From the NCBI GenBank assembly GCA_900548855.1, contig URMF01000005.1, positions 2,724 to 66,723 on the forward strand: a DNA stretch of 64,000 bases, given 5' to 3'. The position numbers and the translations under genes are program-made. Source of the stretch: an uncultured Eubacteriales bacterium. GTDB lineage: Bacteria; Bacillota; Clostridia; Lachnospirales; Lachnospiraceae. Of the stretch, positions 37,993-46,908 are shown one piece after another (the stretch's first letter is position 1; each line of letters begins with the position of its first letter). Below the pieces are notes generated by a model, which was not told where the DNA came from, searched no databases, and saw only the letters and a list, made by a program, of their open reading frames with translations.

Positions 37993-38187
37993 ATCTATAT
38001 TCCTTTCTTTCCCTGATTCCTGCCGCAAGGAGGAAATTATATCATTAAAGATTTTATAGATGCAAATTCTTCTAAGCAACAGTATAACATATCCAGATGA
38101 CACACTGTTACAAAAGTTTTGATTTTATGGTTCTAAATCGAAACTCCATTTCATATCATTATAGTAACAATCAGCGGGAGGAATTTT

Positions 38188-38622
38188 ATGGGCGCACAGA
38201 CAAAAATCGTTGTAATCAAAGCGAAGGAAATTATTTATACTGGAATTTTTCTTGTCCTGGGGATTCTGTTTATCATATTATTAATCAATATGTTTGGAAA
38301 AGGGAAAGAAAACGATACTACAACCACAAGCAAATATGTTCCCGGCGTATATTCCTCAACCATCACACTTGGAGAAAACACCTTAAATGTTGCCGTTACC
38401 GTAGATGAAAACACCGTAAGCGGCGTCAGCATTGAAAACCTGGATGAAACCGTCACCACCATGTATCCGCTTTTAGAGCCTGCTTTAAATGAGATTAACA
38501 ACCAGATATCTGTAGTGGACAGTGTGGATAATATAACCTACTCAAAAGAAAACCAATACACCTATATTATCTTAAACCAGGCCATCAAAAATGCTCTGGA
38601 GCAGGCAACAGTAAACAATTAA
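38188..38622 (+). CDS. Membrane-anchored hypothetical protein (degenerate FMN-binding-domain-like)
   Basis: 144 aa with an N-terminal TM anchor. The extracytoplasmic part (VTVDENTVSGVSIENLDET...VDSVDNITYS) loosely resembles FMN_bind domains but lacks the SGAT(S/T) flavinylation motif. Confidence 0.45.
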   Translation: MGAQTKIVVIKAKEIIYTGIFLVLGILFIILLINMFGKGKENDTTTTSKYVPGVYSSTITLGENTLNVAVTVDENTVSGVSIENLDETVTTMYPLLEPALNEINNQISVVDSVDNITYSKENQYTYIILNQAIKNALEQATVNN

Positions 38623-38633
38623 ATCTACAGTGT

Positions 38634-38670
38634 AAACGGGACAGCATTCATGAATGCTGTCCCGTTTTTT
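38634..38670. terminator. Bidirectional rho-independent terminator
   Basis: Perfect palindrome AAACGGGACAGCATTCA|TGAATGCTGTCCCGTTT, flanked by an A-run and a T-run. It sits between convergent genes. Confidence 0.85.
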
Positions 38671-39340
38671 ATTTCTGCTTCGGTTCTATCTTATCTTTAT
38701 CCTTATAAATGGAATGTGCTGGAACGACACCTCTCACCATACTCACCGGATATACATTGGAATCCCTGCATATTACAGAGCCTGGATTTAAAACCGAATT
38801 ACATCCAATCTCCACATGGTCACCCAGCATGGCACCGAACTTCTTAAGACCGGTATCCAGATTAAAATCCTCCCCCTTCACGTGGACTATGGTTTTATCT
38901 GCCTTCACATTTGAAGTGATGGAGCCTGCCCCCATATGGGAATAAAAGCCCAGCACGGAATCTCCCACATAATTATAATGGGGCACCTGCACATGATTGA
39001 ACAGAATCACATTCTTAAGCTCCGTGGAATTACCGACTACACAATCATTTCCCACCAGTGCATTTCCACGTATAAAAGCCCCTGGGCGCACCTCAGTACG
39101 CTCACCGATAATACAAGGACCCGTTATATAATTATTCGGATAAATCTTTGCAGATTTGGCAATCCATACATTTTCTTCTCTTTCTTCATAGATGTCTGTC
39201 GGAAGTGTCTTCCCAAGCTCCTTAATAAAATCCCCAATCCCTGGAAGTGCCTCCCATGGATAAGTCAAGCTTTCTAATAATGGCTTTGCCAATGTCTCCT
39301 CTAATGTATATAACTCTTTGATTGTAACCTGTTCTTGCAT
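38669..39340 (-). CDS. Left-handed beta-helix (hexapeptide-repeat) transferase-family protein
   Basis: Hexapeptide repeats are visible (IIGERTEVRPGAFIRGNALVGNDCVVGNSTELKNVILFNHVQVPHYNYVGDSVLG...). The start is set at ATG 39340 (MQEQV...) because the track start at 39376 is TTG. Substrate is unknown. Confidence 0.65.
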   Translation of the reverse strand: MQEQVTIKELYTLEETLAKPLLESLTYPWEALPGIGDFIKELGKTLPTDIYEEREENVWIAKSAKIYPNNYITGPCIIGERTEVRPGAFIRGNALVGNDCVVGNSTELKNVILFNHVQVPHYNYVGDSVLGFYSHMGAGSITSNVKADKTIVHVKGEDFNLDTGLKKFGAMLGDHVEIGCNSVLNPGSVICRDSNVYPVSMVRGVVPAHSIYKDKDKIEPKQK

Positions 39341-39584
39341 ATTATATCTTCCTCTGCCAGACTGCGGATTTTCCAAAAAACAACTGTGTCTTTTAGTCCT
39401 TGCAATGCCTGTTCCTTTCCATTAAAAATGATGATAGCATGGGCAAAACACCCTTTGCCCCGGCACCAATATATTTTATTATACTGTATTTTCCCAAAAT
39501 GTACCACCTATTTTTCTAAATATTCTCCGCAATCATTTTTAACTCCGGTCAGTGTATGCATTCACAATCTGCTTTCAGGAATGC

Positions 39585-40415
39585 CTATTCCTCTTCCGAT
39601 TCCGAAGCTTCATAAATCAGATTCCCTTCCCAATCCCATTCCTTATAGCCGGAAGATGCCGCATTCTCACCGTCGCCTTCCCCGGTAAGAAGAGACAATC
39701 CGATTCTGTTTTCATCCAAAGAGATTGCCATGCCCTTTCCCGAATTGCTATATTCAAAATAAACCTTCACATATTCCGGTACCTCCTCCTGATTCTTTCC
39801 ATCACCTGCCTGATAGATTTTCTTCCCATTATAAAGAATACTCTCTGGTTTACAGTCATTTGCCTCTAAATCCTTCTTCCTATCCAAACTCATGATATCT
39901 ATTATTGTTTTCTCATCAGCGAAAAAATGAATAATCGGTATTTTATAGGTCAGATGTACCTGTTTTTTATCATAATCCGTATACACTGCTGTTGGATTTT
40001 TATATTGTTTCATTTTACAAACAAGGAAAAAATTACCATCTTCTTCAAAGACATGCTCTACAGAATAACTCTCAGCAGGTGCCTCAATAAGCGGGACTTG
40101 TGTCAACACGTAACCGGCACCTATCAAAAATACCACTGCTATGACTGTGACAACAATTCCCTTTAAAATGCCCCGTTTTTTTACCCGTTTCAAAAAAACA
40201 CTAATCCGGCTTGCCTTTTTTTCTTCCTCACTGTCTATTCCAGGTAATTCTTCCTTTAAAAGCTCATATTCCTTTACGCATTTCTCACAGGTGGCTAAAT
40301 GCCTGCCTACCGCCTCCTTTGTCCCCTCACTTACCATATCATCATGATATAATGGCAGTAAATCTCCCACAATGTCACATGTCAGCTCTATCTGTTTCTT
40401 TTCATTTTCTGTCAT
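39585..40415 (-). CDS. Anti-sigma factor (zf-HC2) with one TM helix and an extracytoplasmic domain
   Basis: The N-terminus reads LLPLYHDDMVSEGTKEAVGRHLATCEKCVKEY (HxxxCxxC) and the TM helix is GIVVTVIAVVFLIGAGYVL. It overlaps the ECF sigma stop (ATGA). Confidence 0.8.
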   Translation of the reverse strand: MTENEKKQIELTCDIVGDLLPLYHDDMVSEGTKEAVGRHLATCEKCVKEYELLKEELPGIDSEEEKKASRISVFLKRVKKRGILKGIVVTVIAVVFLIGAGYVLTQVPLIEAPAESYSVEHVFEEDGNFFLVCKMKQYKNPTAVYTDYDKKQVHLTYKIPIIHFFADEKTIIDIMSLDRKKDLEANDCKPESILYNGKKIYQAGDGKNQEEVPEYVKVYFEYSNSGKGMAISLDENRIGLSLLTGEGDGENAASSGYKEWDWEGNLIYEASESEEE

Positions 40416-40945
40416 AACAAATCATCCTTTCTCATTTTTTCAATTATTTGTTTTCTTGCTCTGTGATACGTTACTCTTGCCCAGCTTTCTGTTTTCCCAA
40501 ATATCTCTGCAATCTTTGCAAAGGACAGTTGTCCAAAAACCCGCAGGGAAAATACTTCCTTATAGGGCTCCTTAATCATATGAAGAATCTTATGCACCTG
40601 TATTGCTGTATCTTCATTTGCAGTCTTCTCTTCAAGAGATTTTCCATCCTCTAATGCTTCTTCCCGCATTGGCATCAGTCTGTTTTGTTTTCTCATTTTA
40701 TCCAGCCAGACATTTTTTGCAATGGCACATAGCCAGGTATATACGGAACTGTTTCCCCGAAACCCGTTCTTTGCCTGCATTGCCTTTAAAAATGTATCCT
40801 GGGTAATGTCCTGTGCCTCTGTTTCATTCCTGCACAAAGAAAGGACATATCGGTATACCGCTTCATATTCTGCTATAAAATATAGATTCTCCTTGTCGTC
40901 TGCCTCTCCGCCTTTTAAGAACACTTTACTTCTTCCTTTCTGCAA
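40412..40945 (-). CDS. ECF-type RNA polymerase sigma factor
   Basis: Region 2 is DITQDTFLKAM...TWLCAIAKNVWLD and region 4 is SFAKIAEIFGKTESWARVTYHRARKQI. The track start is TTG. A GTG at ~40924 follows GAAAGGAAGaagtaaa, so the exact start is uncertain. Confidence 0.85.
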   Translation of the reverse strand: MQKGRSKVFLKGGEADDKENLYFIAEYEAVYRYVLSLCRNETEAQDITQDTFLKAMQAKNGFRGNSSVYTWLCAIAKNVWLDKMRKQNRLMPMREEALEDGKSLEEKTANEDTAIQVHKILHMIKEPYKEVFSLRVFGQLSFAKIAEIFGKTESWARVTYHRARKQIIEKMRKDDLL

Positions 40946-40992
40946 GCTTTTATAGTACTATCAAAATCCGCTTTTTATGTTCTTACATCTGT

Positions 40993-41019
40993 TAGATGCA
41001 CAAACATAAAAAACGTTAC
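40993..41019 (-). promoter_or_regulatory. Candidate ECF-type promoter (GTAAC-N16-CATCTA) upstream of the ECF sigma gene
   Basis: The minus strand reads ttGTAACgttttttatgtttgtgCATCTAAc. This resembles the AAC / CGT(C/A)-type ECF -35/-10 arrangement used for autoregulation. By eye only. Confidence 0.3.
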
Positions 41020-41141
41020 AATTTATTTCCGCGAGCAACGAGCCAAGTGACTGCTTGCAGACATTTGGCGACTGCCGCGAGAGTCGAATGCCCCGTTGCC
41101 TGTAGCGAGGTATTCGACTTTACCGTGCTGTACACATCCAT
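41020..41141 (-). other. GC-rich structured intergenic island (two hairpins), function unknown
   Basis: Hairpin 1 is CCAAGTGACTGC-TT-GCAGACATTTGG (41043-41068). Hairpin 2 is GTCGAAT-N22-ATTCGAC (41082-41117). The island is visibly more GC-rich than its flanks. It lies after the topB terminator and before the ECF sigma promoter region. Confidence 0.5.
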
Positions 41142-41150
41142 CTGACAATT

Positions 41151-41190
41151 AAAAACGGACTGGCATATGAATTTTCCCGTACACCAGCCC
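41151..41190 (-). terminator. Rho-independent terminator candidate for topB
   Basis: The minus strand reads GGCTGGTGTA-cgggaaaattca-TATGCCAGTC. This is a 10 bp stem including G-U pairs, followed by CGTTTTTAATT. Confidence 0.45.
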
Positions 41191-41223
41191 ATTTGTTTTT
41201 TAATTTTAAAATATGCTTTTCTA

Positions 41224-43326
41224 TTACTCTTCCTTTTTTTTACCCGCTGCTTTACCTGTTGCTTTTTTGCCGGCACTCTTTCCCTGTTTTTTGTAAAACT
41301 GTGCCGCATAGTCAAAATATGTTCTTAACTGATACTGATTGTTAAGACCTTTTACCGCATTGGTTCGCTGGCTTATAAAGTTCTCCAGCTTTTGCATATA
41401 CTCCTCTTCTGTGATGGAGCCTTCTGCTACATAGGATAATCCCTTTTCCCAGCTTGCAGTAAGCTCCGGGTTCAGTAGTGATTTAATTGAGGACGCCACC
41501 ACGTCATGTATCATTTCGCCCATTAAGGTCGGCGTAATAATCTGGGTCTTTTTATTCAGCTCCAGATATTTATTGTTCACCAGCTTCTTGATGATTTCTG
41601 CCCTGGTGGCAGAGGTGCCAATCCCACTGCCCTTAATCTGGGCACGCAGTTCTTCATCCTCAATCAGCTGTCCCGCATTTTCCATTGCAAGAATTAAGGT
41701 TCCTGAGCTGTACCGCTTCGGCGGTGAAGTCTCTCCCTCCTTGATTTCGAAGCCATTTACGGAAAGCTTCATACCCTTTTTAAGGGCCATGGCAGCCTCC
41801 ACCATTTCCTTAGAGTACTTCTCTTCCTCCTCCTTCTGTTTTCCAAAGGAATTGACGGTAACCGGAAGGTAGCCCGGCTCCACCAGCACTTTAAAACTGG
41901 CAAACAATTTCTCCCCACTGCACTCCAGTGTCAGGGTTAACTTCTGGTAAACTGCCGGAGGATAAAATATACTTAAGAACCGTCTTACGATAATTTCATA
42001 TACCTTTTTTGCCGTCTCATGAAGACTGCCAAAAGCATTCAGACCCTGTCCTGTGGGAATAATCGCATAATGGTCCGTTATCTGCTTGTCATTTACATAC
42101 CTTGTCTTTGCAATTCCCTTGTAGCTTCCATTTTGTAAAATATTCTCTGCAAAACCCTTCATAGCGGGTATGTTCTTCAGTCCGGAAATATTTTTGTATA
42201 TTTCCTTGCTGACTGCAGTAGACAATACTCTGGCATCTGTTCTCGGATAGGTTACCAGCTTCTTTTCATACAATTCCTGGACAATCTGCAAGGTCTGGTC
42301 CGGGCTGATTTTAAATAATCTGGAGCAGTCATTCTGGAGCTCAGCTAAATTATATAACAGCGGAGCATTTTTATTCTCCCGCTTTTTCTCCACCTTTACT
42401 ACCAGCGCAAGAGGCAGCCCCTTTTCGTCTGCTTCTCCTGCCTCCAATTCTTCTATTAAATGCTTCGCATCCTTTTCTTCCTTAAAACCATTTTCCTTGT
42501 AAAGAAGAGGGGAATTAAAATATTTTGTTCCTTCAACTGCACGCCACTCTGCCTCAAAGGTTCCATCTGCCAGCTCTATATTTCCGATGACCCTGTAAAA
42601 TGGTGTCTTCACAAATTGGCGTATTTCCCGTTCCCTTCTCACAATCATCCCAAGGACACAGGTCATAACCCGCCCTACGGAAATAACACAGCGGTCCTTT
42701 CCCAGGTAATTCTTAACTGTATAGCTATATTTCAGTGTTAAAATCCTGGAAAAATTAATACCCATCAGATAATCCTCTTTGGCGCGCAGATAGGCAGAGG
42801 CGCAAAGGTTATCATATTCATGAATATTTTTTGCCTCCTTAATTCCCCGGAGAATCTCCTCCTCCGTCTGGGAATCAATCCAGACCCTGCGTTTTTCTTT
42901 GGTATCCGGCACCTCCGCCATCTGGTCAACCAGACGGTAGATATATTCTCCCTCCCGTCCGGAATCCGTACAGACATATATACAGGAAACATCCTCCCGG
43001 TTTAACAGTCCCTTAACAATGTTAAACTGTTTAGATACTCCGTCAATTACCTCATATTTAAATGTATCCGGTAAAAAAGGCAGAGTCTCCACGCTCCATT
43101 TTTTAAGTGCAGAATCATACTCCTCCGGATAACTCATAGTCACCAGATGTCCCACACACCATGTCACAATGGAGGTCTCGGATTCAATATAACCGTCCTT
43201 GCTGCCGCCATTTATTTTAAGAGCCTTCGCAAATTCTCTCGCTACGCTTGGTTTCTCTGCTATGTATAAATTCTTCAAATATGATACCTTTCTTTCTATA
43301 AAATTCACATATGCACACCGTTTCAT
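41224..43326 (-). CDS. topB: DNA topoisomerase III
   Basis: The Toprim start is NLYIAEKPSVAREFAKAL and the active-site region is LVTYPRTDARVLS. The C-terminal tail is Lys-rich. A TTG at 43272 after AGAAAGG would give the more usual N-terminus LKNLYIAEKPS. Confidence 0.85.
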   Translation of the reverse strand: MKRCAYVNFIERKVSYLKNLYIAEKPSVAREFAKALKINGGSKDGYIESETSIVTWCVGHLVTMSYPEEYDSALKKWSVETLPFLPDTFKYEVIDGVSKQFNIVKGLLNREDVSCIYVCTDSGREGEYIYRLVDQMAEVPDTKEKRRVWIDSQTEEEILRGIKEAKNIHEYDNLCASAYLRAKEDYLMGINFSRILTLKYSYTVKNYLGKDRCVISVGRVMTCVLGMIVRREREIRQFVKTPFYRVIGNIELADGTFEAEWRAVEGTKYFNSPLLYKENGFKEEKDAKHLIEELEAGEADEKGLPLALVVKVEKKRENKNAPLLYNLAELQNDCSRLFKISPDQTLQIVQELYEKKLVTYPRTDARVLSTAVSKEIYKNISGLKNIPAMKGFAENILQNGSYKGIAKTRYVNDKQITDHYAIIPTGQGLNAFGSLHETAKKVYEIIVRRFLSIFYPPAVYQKLTLTLECSGEKLFASFKVLVEPGYLPVTVNSFGKQKEEEEKYSKEMVEAAMALKKGMKLSVNGFEIKEGETSPPKRYSSGTLILAMENAGQLIEDEELRAQIKGSGIGTSATRAEIIKKLVNNKYLELNKKTQIITPTLMGEMIHDVVASSIKSLLNPELTASWEKGLSYVAEGSITEEEYMQKLENFISQRTNAVKGLNNQYQLRTYFDYAAQFYKKQGKSAGKKATGKAAGKKKEE

Positions 43327-43563
43327 TGTAACTTGAATCCGTTAATTTGTAAATAGCCGTCATTCTATACAACTTTTTGCTTATTTTCTTCCAATTCATG
43401 GCAAACTAAGAGAAAATCCGTTTTTACATGGTAATTTTTTTACTTATGTGCTATGATGTAGCCGTTAAGATTACATACCTGCTATAGGAAACATATGGAT
43501 GATTCAGCATATGATAGACAATATTCAGTAAAAAATGGAATTATCAGAAAGGACTTAATTATT

Positions 43564-45501
43564 ATGGCATATGAAGATTATATAAAAGCGCAGAAAATGG
43601 GACTGAAGGCCTTCAAGACTTCCACCGCAAGAGGACAATATCCTTATCTCCCTGTATTAGATGAAATTTTATCCCATGCGGATATTGAATGCGAGGTAAA
43701 CCTTGGTGTTATGAACATTTCCTTAAACCAGGTCGTTGGAACCAGCACCTACGGAAGAACCAAGGCCTTTGCCTCCAACTTTATGCCTTTATTAGACTAC
43801 GGAAGTGAATTTTCATCTAAGTGGTCCCATCTTGTGGATGCTCAGATTGAAGAGGGGATTCATGACGCAATCAAGGTCTATGAATACATGAATAAATACT
43901 ATGTAATAGAGGGAAATAAACGCGTCAGTGTTTTAAAATTTTTTAATGCTCCCACCATTGCCGCTACTGTCACAAGAAAGGTTCCAAAGCGCAGTGATGA
44001 TTTGGAAAATCAGATTTATTATGAATTTATGGACTTTTATAAGATGACCAAAATTACCTATATCCAATTTTCCAAGCTGGGAAGCTTTCCAAAACTGGTA
44101 GCCGCAGTTGGCAAAAATGCAGAGGAAGAGTGGACAGAGGACGAGCGCATGGACTTTTCTTCCTTCCACACTGCCTTTTACAAGGCCTTCAGTGGAAAAG
44201 GCGGCAACAAACTGACCGGAATTACATGCGGCGATGCCCTGCTTTTTTACCTCTCCTTGTATCCGTATAAAGATTCAAAGGATGCAACAAGCCAGCAAAT
44301 CAAAGAAAACCTGGATAAAATCTGGTCTGAAATCACATTGCTCGGCGCAGATGATACAATCGAGCTTCTGATGGACCCGACAGAAGACAAAAAAATCATG
44401 AATTCTGTTCTCAATAAAATTAAAACCACAAAAAAGAGGGTTGCCTTTGTCTATGACAAAGACCCATCTGTTTCCGACTGGATTTATGGACACGAACTGG
44501 GACGTCTGCATCTGGAGGAGGTCTTTGGGGATGAAATCGAAACCCAAAGCTATATCACCAATGGTGTCAACGACAATACTGAAAATATCTTAGAGGAGGT
44601 CTGCAATGACGGCTTTGATATCATTTTTACCGTCACTCCCCAGCTTATTAAAGCCAGCCTGAAGGCTGCTTCTACCCATCCAAATGTAAAGATATTGAAC
44701 TGTGCCCTGAATTCTTCCCATAACACAGTCCGTACCTACTATACCAGAATGTATGAAGCAAAATTTCTCACCGGTATGATTGCAGGTGCCATGTGCCTTA
44801 ATGACAAAATCGGCTATGTGGCTGACTATCCAATCTACGGTGTTACTGCCAATATTAATGCCTTTGCTCTGGGCGCAAAAATGGTAAATCCGCGTGCAAA
44901 AATTTATCTTACCTGGTCTACCCAGAAGGATTTTAATATCAATGAATATTTTAAAGAACGGGACATCAACTATATTTCTGCCCAGGACATGATTACTCCG
45001 CAAAATGGAGACCGGCAATTCGGTCTTTATGCCGAAAAAAATGATGCTAAGAAAAATCTCGCCGTATCCATTTACCACTGGGGTGCATTCTACGAGGAAC
45101 TCATCAACAGTATCATGCGGGGCTCCTGGAAGGTAGAAGAATCCTCTGACAGCAAGGCATTGAATTACTGGTGGGGACTGTCAGCCGGTGTGATCGATGT
45201 CATCTGCTCCAACAATCTTCCAGTGGGCACCACGAAGCTTGTGAATCTGATGAAGCAGTCTATTTCTACCGGCATATTCCATCCTTTTGCCGGTCCTTTA
45301 ACCGACCAGGACGGTACACTCCGCTGTGGAGAGACAGATATATTAAAACCAGAGGAAATTATGACCATGAACTGGCTGGCTGACAATGTCATCGGAACCA
45401 TTCCTGTCATTGACGAACTGGAAGACGCCGCCAAACCTGTAGTCCAGCTGCGGGGAGTAGATATAACAACACCGGATAAAGGGGGGACATCTTTGCTATG
45501 A
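43564..45501 (+). CDS. Fusion protein: ParB/Srx-like N-terminal domain plus BMP/PnrA-like (periplasmic-binding-fold) domain, no signal peptide
   Basis: The N-terminal part has IKVYEYMNKYYVIEGNKRVSVLKFFN, a DGxxR-like ParB-N motif. The C-terminal ~330 aa resemble the BMP/Med/PnrA family (VAFVYDKDPSVSDW...KFLTGMIAGAMCLNDKIGYVADYPIYGVTANINAFALGAKMVNP). The start is set at ATG 43564; the track ORF starts at 43495. Confidence 0.6.
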   Translation: MAYEDYIKAQKMGLKAFKTSTARGQYPYLPVLDEILSHADIECEVNLGVMNISLNQVVGTSTYGRTKAFASNFMPLLDYGSEFSSKWSHLVDAQIEEGIHDAIKVYEYMNKYYVIEGNKRVSVLKFFNAPTIAATVTRKVPKRSDDLENQIYYEFMDFYKMTKITYIQFSKLGSFPKLVAAVGKNAEEEWTEDERMDFSSFHTAFYKAFSGKGGNKLTGITCGDALLFYLSLYPYKDSKDATSQQIKENLDKIWSEITLLGADDTIELLMDPTEDKKIMNSVLNKIKTTKKRVAFVYDKDPSVSDWIYGHELGRLHLEEVFGDEIETQSYITNGVNDNTENILEEVCNDGFDIIFTVTPQLIKASLKAASTHPNVKILNCALNSSHNTVRTYYTRMYEAKFLTGMIAGAMCLNDKIGYVADYPIYGVTANINAFALGAKMVNPRAKIYLTWSTQKDFNINEYFKERDINYISAQDMITPQNGDRQFGLYAEKNDAKKNLAVSIYHWGAFYEELINSIMRGSWKVEESSDSKALNYWWGLSAGVIDVICSNNLPVGTTKLVNLMKQSISTGIFHPFAGPLTDQDGTLRCGETDILKPEEIMTMNWLADNVIGTIPVIDELEDAAKPVVQLRGVDITTPDKGGTSLL

Positions 45502-46094
45502 AAATACTTGTACTTGCCGATGAAGAATCCAAGTACCTGTGGGACTATTTTGAAAAAGATAAGTTAGAAGGTATTGATTTAATTATTTCATGTGGGGACT
45601 TAAAGCCGCAATATTTGTCCTTTCTTGCGACTTATGCAAAAGCGCCAATACTCTATGTACATGGCAACCATGATGCAGTCTATGATGAGACTCCGCCGGA
45701 GGGCTGTATCTGCATTGATGGAGACATCTATGTATATAATGGAATACGCATTTTAGGTCTGGGGGGCTCTAAATGCTATAACTACGGTGCTTACCAGTAT
45801 TCCGAAAAAGCCATGCGGGCACGGGTGCACCGGCTATGGTGGAAAATTCGGCGCCACAACGGGTTTGATATTTTAATTACCCACTCCCCCGCTTACCAGT
45901 TTAATGACGGAGAGGATTTACCCCACTCTGGATTCCAGATTTTTCGGAATTTACTGGATAAATATAAGCCAAAATATTTTGTGCATGGCCATGTACACCT
46001 GAATTACAACTGGAACCAGCAAAGGGAAAGTATGTATAACGGACATACTACCGTCATCAATGCATACGAGCGGTATACCTTTGAATACAAATAA
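45498..46094 (+). CDS. Calcineurin-like metallophosphoesterase
   Basis: 198 aa with the motifs ILVLADEE, CGDL, HGNHD, THSP and GHVH. It overlaps the upstream stop (ATGA). Confidence 0.8.
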   Translation: MKILVLADEESKYLWDYFEKDKLEGIDLIISCGDLKPQYLSFLATYAKAPILYVHGNHDAVYDETPPEGCICIDGDIYVYNGIRILGLGGSKCYNYGAYQYSEKAMRARVHRLWWKIRRHNGFDILITHSPAYQFNDGEDLPHSGFQIFRNLLDKYKPKYFVHGHVHLNYNWNQQRESMYNGHTTVINAYERYTFEYK

Positions 46095-46118
46095 ATTTTT
46101 CCTGATTCCAACCGCGCC

Positions 46119-46877
46119 CTATCTTCTTTTTTGGGCGCGGAGATGTTCTTTAACTTCCTCAGAAGGAATGCGGGATTCCACAATTTTCTGAACTGCTTTG
46201 TTATAAGTCCGGTCATCCAGATGATTATTCTGCAGGTAACGGTATGTATGATATGGAAAACAGCAGAATGCCTCCGCCACCAGCCAGGATACAGCCATAG
46301 ACGCATAGTATGCTGATGTCTGTATCGGATTCACTGCCATAAATATCTTGTCAAAATAAAGCCCCTTCTCCTCGACTGCATCAGACAAATTCTCCATCGT
46401 GACAGTCCGCAGTCTGGATATCTTACATCCCCTGCCATCACACTTTAAAAGATGCTGCATCATAATAATAACCGCCACCCTGATTTCAAATTCTTTGTCT
46501 GACCAGAGATACGGCTGAATAAACTCCCATGTTCTCTCTCTATCCTCCTGAAACAGATTCATACCCATAAAAACGCTGTCACAGACTGACCAGTTATCCA
46601 CCATGGGAATAAAATCTGCAATATATGGCAGCATTTTATCCATATCCCTGGATGCATAACTTAAAACCATCCCTCTCAGCATTCTCTCCTCAAAATAATA
46701 ATCCGGTTCCTCCATTGCTGCCTCCCAGTCTCTTTTCGCAATTTCCTTTGCCACCCTCCGAAGCTGCGGCAGCCGGATTCCCAGCATATTATCCACTCCG
46801 GGTATCAATCCCGAAGAAAATTTCTGATAGTCCTTTTCAGACAACGTAATTAAATACTCTCTTATCTCCCGCTGCAT
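46119..46877 (-). CDS. DNA alkylation repair (AlkD-like HEAT-repeat) family protein
   Basis: 252 aa. The sequence LGIRLPQLRRVAKEI...FEERMLRGMVL...VDNWSVCDSV...EFEIRVAVIIMM is the pattern typical of that family, from memory. Confidence 0.65.
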   Translation of the reverse strand: MQREIREYLITLSEKDYQKFSSGLIPGVDNMLGIRLPQLRRVAKEIAKRDWEAAMEEPDYYFEERMLRGMVLSYASRDMDKMLPYIADFIPMVDNWSVCDSVFMGMNLFQEDRERTWEFIQPYLWSDKEFEIRVAVIIMMQHLLKCDGRGCKISRLRTVTMENLSDAVEEKGLYFDKIFMAVNPIQTSAYYASMAVSWLVAEAFCCFPYHTYRYLQNNHLDDRTYNKAVQKIVESRIPSEEVKEHLRAQKRR

Positions 46878-46908
46878 TCTCCTTCTCCTTTCTCCATGAT
46901 ATCATACT

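Noticed and set aside
41016-41315. 99 aa minus-strand ORF spanning the topB 3' end and the GC-rich island.
   Set aside because: Most of it overlaps the topB coding end in another frame, and there is no RBS. Only its last ~20 codons are noteworthy; they are discussed in the finding on the two GC-rich islands.
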